Below are positions 54,101 through 64,000 of a stretch of 64,000 bases of DNA, piece after piece. Below the pieces are notes generated by a model. That model was given only the letters and a program-made list of their open reading frames with translations. It had not been told where the DNA came from and did not search any database. Position numbers and translations under genes: made by a program. Origin of the DNA: Marsupella aquatica (taxonomy: Eukaryota; Plantae; Marchantiophyta); NCBI GenBank assembly GCA_973895155.1, contig OZ316891.1, positions 18,811,048 through 18,875,047 of the forward strand, in the 5' to 3' direction. Each line of letters begins with the position of its first letter. Position 1 is the first letter of the stretch.

Positions 54101-57100
54101 CTGGGCTTTCTTAGCCTCCGCTTTCTCAGCCTCCGCTTTCTTAGCCTGGGCTTTCTCAGCCTCCGCTTTCTCAGCCTCCGCTTTCTCAGCCTCCGCTTTC
54201 TCAGCCTGGGCTTTCTTAGCCTCCGCTTTCTCAGCCTGGGCTTTCTCAGCCTGGGCTTTCTCGGCATCCGCTTTCTCAGCCTGGGCTTTCTCAGCCTGGG
54301 CATTCTCAGCCTCGGCTTTCTCCTTCTTCTTCGCGGCAGTTGCTTTTCTAGCTGCTGCCTTTTTCTTCTTAACCTCCTTCTTTTGAAGCTCCTCTTGCCG
54401 GGCCGCCTCTTGTCGGGACGCCTCCTCCTGCCGGGCCGCCTCCTTCTTTTGAAGCTCCTCTTGCCGGGCCGCTTCCTTCTTTTGAAGCTCCTCTTGCCGG
54501 GCCGCCTCCTGCTGGGCCTCCTCCAGCCTGGCCTCCTCCTGCCGGACCGCCTCCAGCCTGGCCTCCTCCTGCCGGGCCGCCTCCTGCCAGGCCTCCTCCT
54601 GCCGGGCCGCCTCCTCTCTGGCCTCCTCCTGCCGGGCCGCCTCCTCTCCGTCCACCTCATGTCGAGGCTCCTGTGTGGCCTCTTCATCAGAGTCCTCAGC
54701 GTCCTCAGAACCCTCCATCTCCTCGCCCTCTTCATTAGCGTCCTCAGCGTCCTTCATCTCCTCTCCGTCACTCTCTTCATCTCCTCTATTGTCGGAATCT
54801 CCGATGTCGTTCTGCGTATCGGTCATCCACTTTGGATCTTGGTCATTGACATCCCCATCCGTGTCACCTTCCGCGTCACCTTCCCCCTCGCCATCCGCAT
54901 CACCATTGCTCCCTGCATCCTCAACATTGAAGCCGCAGTCGACTTGATCTGAATAAAATCAGATCATTTGATAAGAATGACTCACGCGCATATTCGCGTG
55001 AAAAGAAATGTTATGAATGTCCACGCGCATATTCGCATGACGCAATAAAAAGTAAGAGGTTTCAAAAGTAACTTACCTTGGATTGGCCCACTAGGGTACT
55101 CCATTGGTCGAATGTACAATCGATCGGAATCTTTAGAGAGTGCATACTCTTGCAATAATTGATTACAAATATTATCAGGGATATGTTGTTCGTGGAGGAC
55201 ATCCAAAACATCAGCCCTGAGAGCAGTTACGGATGGACGGTACTTCATTAATTTATCTATACATTTTTCTATACTAGCCCGTACTGGGTCAATCAATGAC
55301 AGCGTTGTATCAATTGTCGCCGTGGTGTGTTGCAAGAAACAAGACAACTCCCTATGCGTTGCCACAGGGCAGTAATATTTTACATTGGATCCAGCATCCT
55401 GTAAAAAAAGCCGAAATTAGTTCACAATATTAATTGAGAATATAATAATCTAAATAATCTTAAAATCGAAACCCCAAAATATAAATCTCAAAACTTACCA
55501 TTAAGCACTGGATCAAGTTTGTTCCCTCACCGAAGCATATAGCCCATTCCCCACATTGGACGAATTGACTAACAATACTTTCAAAGAATGGAAGTGTCTT
55601 TTCTGGGGAAGGTGTCATGAACTCGCTGCTCTCTTCAAAATTGGCTATCTTCTCAATATGATATTTGGAGACCAATTGGAACTCGAGGGCTTGTGGATCG
55701 CCCATTGTGCTGAAGGCCAAGCTGTGAAAAGCGTAGGTTACAATAAGCTTCTTCTCCTTCGGCCGCTTCTGAATATAATGGCTATCGATAGCAACGTAGT
55801 GTGTACTTCCCTAATTCCCGTTTGATTAAGTAAGACTCAATGGGAGAGGCTACAATAATAACCATATGGTGTGGTTTTGCCCCTATCTCGCTAGTAGCAC
55901 GAAATAACCCCTCATAGAATGAGCAATTTGGCGGACGCAAATCTCCCATTGATGAGGGATCAAAATAAATCAAGCTCGCAAGGTTCTTGTCTTCACGTAT
56001 GATACAGTCTGCAAACCCAACATTTTGTATATCCTGCAGGGATCGCAATTTCAGCCTCTCACCGACCGGCCGCACTAGTTGGTTTCCTTGACTATCAACT
56101 GATTTCTGTATTCCTTCCACCAACCTGTAGAATATAGGGTCGATCTCCTTCAACAAATTATCATTACTAATATTTACATTTAAGCACTTCTTCAGATAAC
56201 CACTCAACGCATCTCTCAACTGCTTCAGCACCATCTTGTCGAGCTTAAAGCGATCAATCATTCCTTTAACCCGCAATTTCTGCGCTGAATCTGTCAGACT
56301 TTTAAGCTCCGTCCGGGTGGATGTATCCCCGTTGAGTTTACTCAATAATAAAATATCAAACTCAACTTCCGTCTTCTTCTTTATACATAATTGCTCCAAA
56401 CTCATGCTGGTCGTTGACAACACTGGAGCCTCAGAGGACTTCCTCGCCTTCCTAGATTTCACTTTGATACTTCGGTTTTTGAGTATAGACAGTCTTCCGC
56501 TCAACATATATTCCGCTGCCTTTCGAAGAACCGAGTCTGAGCACCCTTGACAAGAACGGAACGTCTTCTTCAGAAGATGATAAGCACATGGATTATCCGC
56601 AATTTTGACGGCGTCCCTCTGTAAAATTCCGTTGTAAATTACAAGCTCTCCTGTCCTTGATAGTTCGTAGACCTCCATCCACTTCTTGAATATTTCGTCC
56701 TCCATTGTAAAGAGAAACGGAGCCAATTCTCCAAATTTCATCATTTTGTTCTTCCCCATTTGAGCCCATGGGCAAACAAAACTCGTAGCTCTCATAAATA
56801 CCTGAAAAACAATGGAAACATGACAATTCTAAGCTTGACGCGACCATTCGCGTGACAAAAGTTTAAACGATAATGTGATCGAAGAGGGATATTTATATAC
56901 CTTCCAATTTGGATGATGATAATGTGATCCAGGCCGCCCAAATGAGTTCCAAATATTACGACACTGTCGTACAATGGTGAGAAACTGTCCTTCTTCCATT
57001 GATGTTTGATGACAGTGGTTCAGAGCTTTCGATAATCCCATCAAATAAACATTATTGTCGTTGTTGAGCGTTGCCCAAAACATTACAGCTTCTACAGTAC

Positions 57101-58143
57101 CGCAAGTGTCTCGTACAACTTGGCTGACTTTGTCGTCCTCTCTCAGCAATTTGTACGCCATTATTGTGTGCTGGCCTCCGAGTATCCAGAAATGACTGGT
57201 CATAATGTCCTCCTCCTTTGGCGATGAATCGTAGGGCGTCTCATTGTAGTCGGGATCTCTGTCGGCCTCCGACTAAACCCACTTCACAGGGACTAAAAAG
57301 CAGCATTGCTTCTTGAACTTTATAGCCAAATGAGAGAGGAGTGAATTCTTTAGCCTATCTATGTAATCCTGATTCCACTCTCGGCACTTGATGTGGTCCG
57401 GTGCAAGATGACAACGTGATGTCTCAACAAAAAATGACTTGCTGTTAAATATATTCACAGCACTATATTCTTTGAGGAAAGAATCGAACAGAGCCCCTCC
57501 ATTCGCTGAGGTAATTACTTTCGGAAGATTCTCCGCCGAGTATACTTCAACCTTGCTCACTGGCGGGGCCTTTCCCAAGCGAAATCCCTGGTTGAAAGGA
57601 ACTCTCTGGAACTCAAGTATGTCAATAATGTATTGACAAATCAAATCTCCCGTTGATCCCTCTGGATCGGAAGGATATCCCACACTAGTAACCTTTTCCA
57701 AGGCGTGCCTTGCACCTAGAAGATCATCGATTCTGGGCTGATTGAAGGTTACATATTGCGTTCGATCCAAATAAATGCTTATTTTGTCTTCCTGCTGGTC
57801 GTCGCTAACTAGCAGAACCAATCCCTCTGTACACTCTTTAACTTTCATGTTCTTCTCAAAGAAACACCCACCCGAGAATTTTTGATCTCTCCAAAACTGT
57901 AGCTTTATCATTTCTTGCCACCACAAGACAGACAGCCCCATTGCGAACGACTATTCCAAAATCGGATATCTCAGTCGATTCAAAGAGATGGATACTCTTC
58001 GTCTCTATTGTTCTCTCTCTGATTGACTTTCCTTGATATGCAAGTATGGATGTCTCCGCGGGAGTCATTTTTGTCTTGGTTTTCTTACGAGAAGCAGCTT
58101 TAGACGAGTCTCTTTTCCGCTTTGAGGTTCCGGTAGGATCCAT
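51175..58143 (-). pseudogene. Large spliced TE-like gene (~2,100 aa): ParB/Srx-like, degenerate N4/N6 DNA methyltransferase-like, acidic and coiled-coil repeats, Ulp1/C48 protease, FCP1/NIF HAD
   Basis: Phase-compatible GT-AG exons: 58143-56901, 56801-55499, 55398-55077, 54948-53108, 52956-52167, 52080-51175. Motifs: REWNQDYIDRLKNSL...FWILGGQHT; LIYFDPS...PEKTLPFFESIVSQFVQCGEWAICFGEGT; CLRPRELLTDDIIN...HWSL...YLDSL...QSDSHSCGVF; VIFDLN...RPDL...IWS...LIDD. In-frame stops at 57273 and 53261; frameshifts near 57860, 55800 and 52890. Confidence 0.72.
53990..54650 (-). repeat. Coding minisatellites (15-bp AEKAQ/AEKAE and 21-bp EEAARQE units) predicting a long charged helix
   Basis: Repeats gctttctcagcctcc / gctttctcagcctgg and gccgggccgcctcct within ORF 53261-54826. 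Confidence 0.85.
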
Positions 58144-58217
58144 TCTGAAATAGACAAATATTGAAAGTTAAACGTTTATTATAAAATACTAACACGCGCA
58201 TGGTCGCGTCGTGCCGA

Positions 58218-58740
58218 ATTACATTTTAGGAACATTTATCCTGACCCAATCTTCTCGCTCATCTTCATCTAACCAAAACCAAAGGTTCCTAAACATGTCA
58301 AGTTCAGATCCTTCAAATCCACCCAGAATGTCCAGCGGCGGGAGAGTTCTGATGGATTCTGTAAATCTTAATGCTACACTCAGTGAAGTCAAATGCCTTC
58401 AAAGCGATTCATATCCTGGTCTATCAGTGAAGTCGTAAGCTACCAAGGTGACCGTCGCCCAAGTACTACTATAAGTAACTATGTGGCACCACTTCTTACT
58501 GACTGTTCGAATGGCGATCAAGTCCATGACCCGATTTTTAATCGCAGTATCCGACAAATTCCCAAGATAGTGGAAAAACTCTTTGACTAATGGCCAAATA
58601 TATTTCTCGACAATATCGTCCGGAAAACCGGGTATCAGGTCTTCAGCTTGACTCCATATCATGTTTCGGTTGATAACCTTTGCACGTGCAATGCGCTCCA
58701 TCATCATTTGATGATGAGATTTTCGATTCATGTCAAAGGA
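58218..58740 (-). pseudogene. F-box-like ORF 2 (one in-frame stop)
   Basis: LIPGFPDDIVEKYIWP...LIAIRTVSKKWCHIV; acceptor ctgcag at 58741. Reads through TGA at 58399 to WLDEDERED...PKM*. Confidence 0.6.
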
Positions 58741-58783
58741 CTGCAGCATAATATGGAAAAGATTAAGAACAAGAACCTATCCA

Positions 58784-59242
58784 TTAAGAACTGGGACCAC
58801 CGAGATTATGAGAAAATCTACCAAACCTTTTGATTAGGACATCTCGTTCTTCCTCATCTAAATTGTTATATTTGTTCGTAGAGAGAGACTCATTTCCGAT
58901 CGGTTTAGTAGGATTTCCTGGGAAAGCCAAATCTAATAAACTCAACTTGATTACACCCAGATGATAGGTATTCCCAACAAGGTGGCGCCATCTGCGACAC
59001 ACCGAAGATAGTCCTACAAACTCATCCAATTCCTTTATTGAGAAATTTCCTGCATTAGCCGAGGAATTAAAAGTCTCCTTGATCCGAGGCCATATCAATT
59101 CCGCGACAATGAAATTTGGAAGTCCAGGTAGTAGTGTTTCAACAAATATAGAATATCCCGCCAGTAGACCATCTTGGCTTCTGTCCAAAACATCAAATAT
59201 TGGGCATAGATATCTGAAGCTCTCCAGACCAGGTTTGCCCAT
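58784..59242 (-). CDS. F-box-like ORF 1
   Basis: LLPGLPNFIVAELIWP...LSSVCRRWRHLV; paralogous to ORF 2 (LDEEERD vs LDEDERE). The 5' end is uncertain. Confidence 0.55.
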   Translation of the reverse strand: MGKPGLESFRYLCPIFDVLDRSQDGLLAGYSIFVETLLPGLPNFIVAELIWPRIKETFNSSANAGNFSIKELDEFVGLSSVCRRWRHLVGNTYHLGVIKLSLLDLAFPGNPTKPIGNESLSTNKYNNLDEEERDVLIKRFGRFSHNLGGPSS

Positions 59243-59365
59243 GACTCTTTTCAGCCAAATGATATATCCCAGAGATTATTTTCTACAAATCAGAATGTAT
59301 AAACAATTCTTTGAGAGACTGATTTTTTCGAGTCACAACATGATAAATCATAAATGTTGCTTCGT

Positions 59366-61380
59366 CCTCTAACAGAACCAGTCAATGAGAGAGCTACCTC
59401 AGACGCGAATGGTCGCGTCAACTGCCCCTAAATGAAACCTTACCTCCTCTAACAGAACTAGTCAATGAGAGATCTACCTCAGATGCGACTAGTCGCGTCA
59501 ACTGGTCCTAAAAGGAACTTTACCTCCTCTAACAGAACCAGTTAATGAGAGAGCTACCTAAGACGCGACTGGTCGCGTCACCTGAACCTAAACAACTATA
59601 TCCACTGAACCTTCCTTGTGGAGATTTGGATATGGTACGCGCTCAGTAAATCTATCCAGTTTCCTTCTCACACGCGACTGGTCGCATCAACTGGTCCTAA
59701 AAGGAACCTTACCTCCTATAACAGAACCAGTCAATGAGAGAGCTATCTCAGACGCGATTGGTCGCGTCACCTGAACCTAAACAACTATATCCAGTGAACC
59801 TTCATTGTGGAGATTTGGATATGGTACGCGCTCAGTAAATCTATCCAGTTTCCTTCTCACACGCGATTGGTTGCGTCAACTAGTCCTAAAAGGAACCTTA
59901 CCTCCTCTAACAGAACCAGTCAATGAGAGAGCTACCTCAGACGCGACTGGTCGCGTCAACTGGTCCTAAAAGGAACCTTACCTCCTCTAACAGAACCAGT
60001 CAATGAGAGAGCTACCTCAGACGCGATTGGTCGCGTCAACTGAACCTAAACAACTATATTCACTGAACCTTCCTTGTGGACATTTGGATATGGTACGCGC
60101 TTAGTAAATCTATCATGTTTCCTTCTGACACGCGACTGGTCGCGTCAACTGGTCCTAAAAGGAACCTTACCTCCTCTAACAGAACCAGTCAATGAGGGAG
60201 CTACCGCAGACGCGACTGGTCGCGTCAACTGGTCCTAAAAGGAACCTTACCTCCTCTAACAGAACCAGTCAATGAGAGAGCTACCTCAGACGCGACTGGT
60301 CGCGTCAACTGAACCTAAACAACTATATTCACTGAACCTTCCTTGTGGACATTTGGATATGGTACGCGCTTAGTAAATCTATCATGTTTCCTTCTGACAC
60401 GCGACTGGTCGCGTCAACTGGTCCTAAAAGGAACCTTACCTCCTTTAACAGAACCAGTCAATGAGGGAGCTACCGCAGACGCGACTGGTCGCGTCAACTG
60501 AACCTAAAAGGAACCTTACCTCCTCTAACAGAACTAGTCAATGAGAGAGCTATCTCAGACGTGACTGGTTGCGTCAACTGAACCTAAACAACTATATCCA
60601 CTGAACCTTCCTTGTGGAGATTTGGATATGGTACGCGCTCAGTAAATCTATCCTGTTTCCTTCTGACACGTGACTGGTCGCGTCAACTGGTCCTAAAAGG
60701 AACCTTACCTCCTCTAACAAAACCAGTCAATGAGAGAGCTACCTGACGCGACTGGTCGCGTCAACTGAACCTAAACAACTATATCCACTAAACCTTCCTT
60801 GTGGAGATTTGGATATGGTACGCGCTCAGTAAATCTATCCAGTTTCCTTCTGACACGAGACTGGTCGTGTCAACTGGTCCTAAAAGGAACCTTACCTCCT
60901 CTAACAGAACCAGTCAATGAGAGAGCTACCTCAGACGTGACTGGTCTCGTCAACTGAACCTAAAAGGAACCTTACCTCCTCTAACAGAACCAGTCAATGA
61001 GAGAGCTATCTCAGACATGACTGGTCGCGTCAACTGAACCTAAACAACTATATCCACTGAACCTTCCTTGTGGAGATTTGGATATGATACGCGCTTAGTA
61101 AATCTATCATGTTTCCTTCTGACACGCGACTGGTCGCGTCAACTGGTCCTAAAAGGAACCTTACCTCCTCTAACAGAACCAGTCAATGAGATAGCTACTT
61201 GACGCGACTGGTCGCGTCAACTGAACCTAAACAACTATATCCACTGAACCTTCCTTGTGGAGATTTGGATATGGTACGCGCTCAGTAAATCTATCCAGTT
61301 TCCTTCTCACACGCGACTGGTCGCGTCAACTGGTCCTAAAAGGAACCTCACAATATTTTCACGCGACTGGTCGCGTCAAC
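59366..61380. repeat. Higher-order tandem array of 80-bp (A, about 14) and ~110-bp (B, about 8) units, each carrying the palindrome GACGCGAC-TG-GTCGCGTC
   Basis: Order approximately AAAB AB AAB AAB AAB AB AAB AB plus a terminal palindrome at ~61360; about 23 palindromes. Confidence 0.92.
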
Positions 61381-62339
61381 AGCTCAAACAACTTTTGGAC
61401 AATAGGATAATACAGTGATACAACTGTGATTACTGACTCGTACGGACAAGGAAATCCGAGTAAGCATGATTTCATTCATTTGTATTCATTCATTTGTATT
61501 CATTCATGAACTTTACAATAATTCAGATGTTTGAGCTCTGTCATTGTGAAACTATTATATATCAAAAGTTTAGAGAATGATCCAGCTAAGATGATTCAAT
61601 TTAGCAGTCTACTGGTTGTATTCGTCAATTAAAGGATTCAGTGTAATGAGATTCATATAACATGAGAGTTTATATGATTAAATTCACAGCGTGCAAGTTT
61701 GTAATGACTTACTTAAGACGATTCAGGTTGTATTTTAATTAGTGAGTTTGTATGATTCACACATATTTGAGTTTACAAACAAACCGCATTATGAAAACTC
61801 AGCTTAACAATCAAGAGAAATTTTAGCAAACCACAATCAACACCAGCAGAAAATGTAGAAATTGCACCTGAATTCTGAAAAATTGATGTACTCGTCTGAG
61901 AGATTGACGTCCAAGCACTTGAAGACCTTGTTGCGGCATTCCAGAAAGTAAATATAAGATTGAAGATATTAATATGCTAAGCAACAACAACACAGCTTCT
62001 ATACTTCTATACATAGAGCTTCGCTGCCACCAATTGAATAACATGTGCTTAATGCTAAGGAGCTCATTATGTCGAGTTAAAAAGACTCTTTCAGAAGTAC
62101 AATCAAAGCTGTGGATAGGCAAACTGAGCATGAATAAAAGCGCACTAAACCTGAAGATTCAAAGAGGTGAAACAAACCTGAATGCTGATGGAAGGAGCTG
62201 AAACAAGCTGCCAAAAAGTAGTTCGAGCTGCTGAAACACATTGATCGAGTTGATATGAGCTTAAAATTGGCTGACACGAGCTGATACAAGCACTCCCAAA
62301 AAGCTAGCTGCAATGAACTAGCAAACTAGAAGTGAATAC

Positions 62340-62545
62340 GAGCTGTAAATGCGAGCTGCAATGCGCCAACGAGCTCCTAGTCGAAACGATGGACAACTAC
62401 TAAGAGCTGCAACGCGCCGTCAAGCACCTGACCACAACGAACGAGCTGCAATGCGCCAACGAGCTCCTGGTTGAAACGATGGACAACTACTAAGAGCTGC
62501 AACGCGCCGACAAGCACCTGACCACAATGAACGAGCTGCAACGAC
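62340..62545. repeat. ~91-bp tandem repeat near the putative 5' end of the element
   Basis: gagctgcaatgcgccaacgagctcc...aaacgatggacaactactaagagctgcaacgcgcc.caagcacctgaccacaa occurs twice, plus scattered gagctg motifs. Confidence 0.75.
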
Positions 62546-62884
62546 AAAAATGAAATCCAGGGCAGGAGCGAGAGCGAGAGCGACGAGAGCAGGCGCGCGA
62601 AAGTCTAGGGAGCGAGAAACAACAACAATGAACAGTGAACTCGAGACCGCGGGCGCCGACACTAAGGAAGGACTAATTAGGGTATTGTTTTAGCATAACC
62701 CTAATAACAGCCTAGCGACAAGAAGGTTCCAGATGATCTCCGTACAGTCCACCATCGACTGAACAAACTATGCAATCGTGAGAAAAAGATTACCGGATTC
62801 CTTTTGATTTGCCGTACTAAAGGAGATTTCTATTTGATCGCCAATTTGAAATTTAAACCGGTAATTATGCAACTGCGAAAGATT

Positions 62885-63125
62885 GTTAGTGGGGACCCCC
62901 GGATCCGGATCCGGATCCGTATCTTCACTATATCTGCCAATTCAAATCCAAAATGTGAACGAACGACAACTTTCTCACGATCGTTCCATCACGTAGTGGA
63001 GGCGAATTTCAAAATCATTCCATTTTGGTAGTGGAGACCGTCGGATCCGGATCCGTACTCCACTCTCTATCTTGCCAATTCAAACCCAAACTCTAAACAA
63101 CGTAAAACGATTCTCACGGTCGGGG
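62885..63125. repeat. ~140-bp imperfect duplication with GGATCC repeats and ttctcacg motifs
   Basis: tagtgg.gacc...ggatccggatccgta...tgccaattcaaa...ttctcacg at ~62887 and ~63029. Confidence 0.65.
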
Positions 63126-64000
63126 AGAACCGATATTCAAAATCAATCCTGTACAATGATTCTCACGACTGGAGACTCAACCAATTTTCAAAATCAAAAT
63201 CGAGTCCAGATGAACACATCCTCCATGGAGTCAATAGACTGATCTCATTGCTCACGGATCATTCTTCATTTTCAGTTTCTCCTGACCAGGATACTAGCTG
63301 GGCTCTCAGCGGAGGCTGATCCAAGGCACATTTGAGGTGGAGCAGATTGGATCATTCGACTATTCCTGCCGGAGGCGGAGCTCATTCAAGCAACGCTGGC
63401 GCAGTTCTTGTTGTATCACCTTCAATCTTGGGGAGAGCACATCCGATCAAGCGGGAGAGTTGCGACGAAGCGAGACGACAAACATTTAGAACCTCCATAG
63501 TCTGCCTCATTCATCGAAGCATTCTAGCGGACCAACAAAGAGCGGCTATTCTGAAATCACAGTCTGGTCGAGGATTTTGATCTTGATACGATCAACAAGT
63601 TATCATTCTCTGGTGGTGGGATTCGATCACGATACTCAAGGAAATTGGAGTTCGAAGGAGGAGGCTTAGTTGGCTGGGACGAGGAGGCTACGCTGGAAGG
63701 AAGAGGCTTGGCTAGGAGGAGGGTTTCCGCCAACATCGAAGGGTTGCCGCCAACATTGCTGAGACCACACGCAACTGAATAACTTGTAAGTATCAATCAG
63801 CATTAATTCCGCAATGAAGGAGGAGAGTAGTTGCCTTAAATCACGCATTCAATGCATGAATTGAGTCAATGAAGTTATGGTCCAATTTCTCACTCCAATT
63901 TTGATCAATCCATTTTTCAAGTCCAATACAGAAGCAATGTATCAGAAGTACTAGTAGAGGATCCGAATGAATTCTCTAGTCTAAAATTGTATGGCGTACG

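Noticed and set aside
53766-54952. Overlapping Arg-rich, Leu-rich and Ala/Ser-rich ORFs (53962-54735, 54383-54952, 53766-54386)
   Set aside because: These are alternative-frame shadows of the coding minisatellite.
49527-59242. Recent giant-virus or bacterial insertion or contamination
   Set aside because: Canonical spliceosomal introns are present and no capsid, polymerase or packaging ATPase is seen. A remote viral or phage origin is not excluded.
59366-61380. CRISPR array
   Set aside because: The repeats are palindromic, but the intervening sequences are just two or three recurring types rather than unique spacers. There are no cas genes and the context is eukaryotic.

Overview
Eukaryotic land-plant genomic DNA with GT-AG introns; the proteins and TE content suggest a non-seed plant such as a liverwort (inference only). 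The first 29 kb holds four intact multi-exon host genes: an HTATSF1/ELF9-like splicing factor, a METTL18/Hpm1-like methyltransferase, a SES1-like saposin-type ER protein and a TauE/SafE transporter. The 20-49 kb region is rich in small transposons, several with resolvable target-site duplications: nested solo LTRs, three TIR/foldback elements, a LINE with an inverted 5' part, and a ~400-bp TRIM whose LTRs each contain a tRNA-like Pol III cassette. The standout is ~49.3-63 kb, a decaying minus-strand mobile-element-like unit. It encodes two F-box-like ORFs and a spliced ~2,100-aa protein (ParB/Srx-like, degenerate N4/N6 methyltransferase-like, coiled-coil, Ulp1 protease, FCP1/NIF HAD), plus two more HAD exons that look like alternative last exons. 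Upstream lies a 2-kb array of about 23 ACGCG-N6-CGCGT palindromes whose 80-bp unit reads as an intron plus a 5-nt microexon. The same palindrome recurs 33-48 nt upstream of six splice acceptors in the gene cluster. All domain calls are by-eye motif recognition, not database searches.
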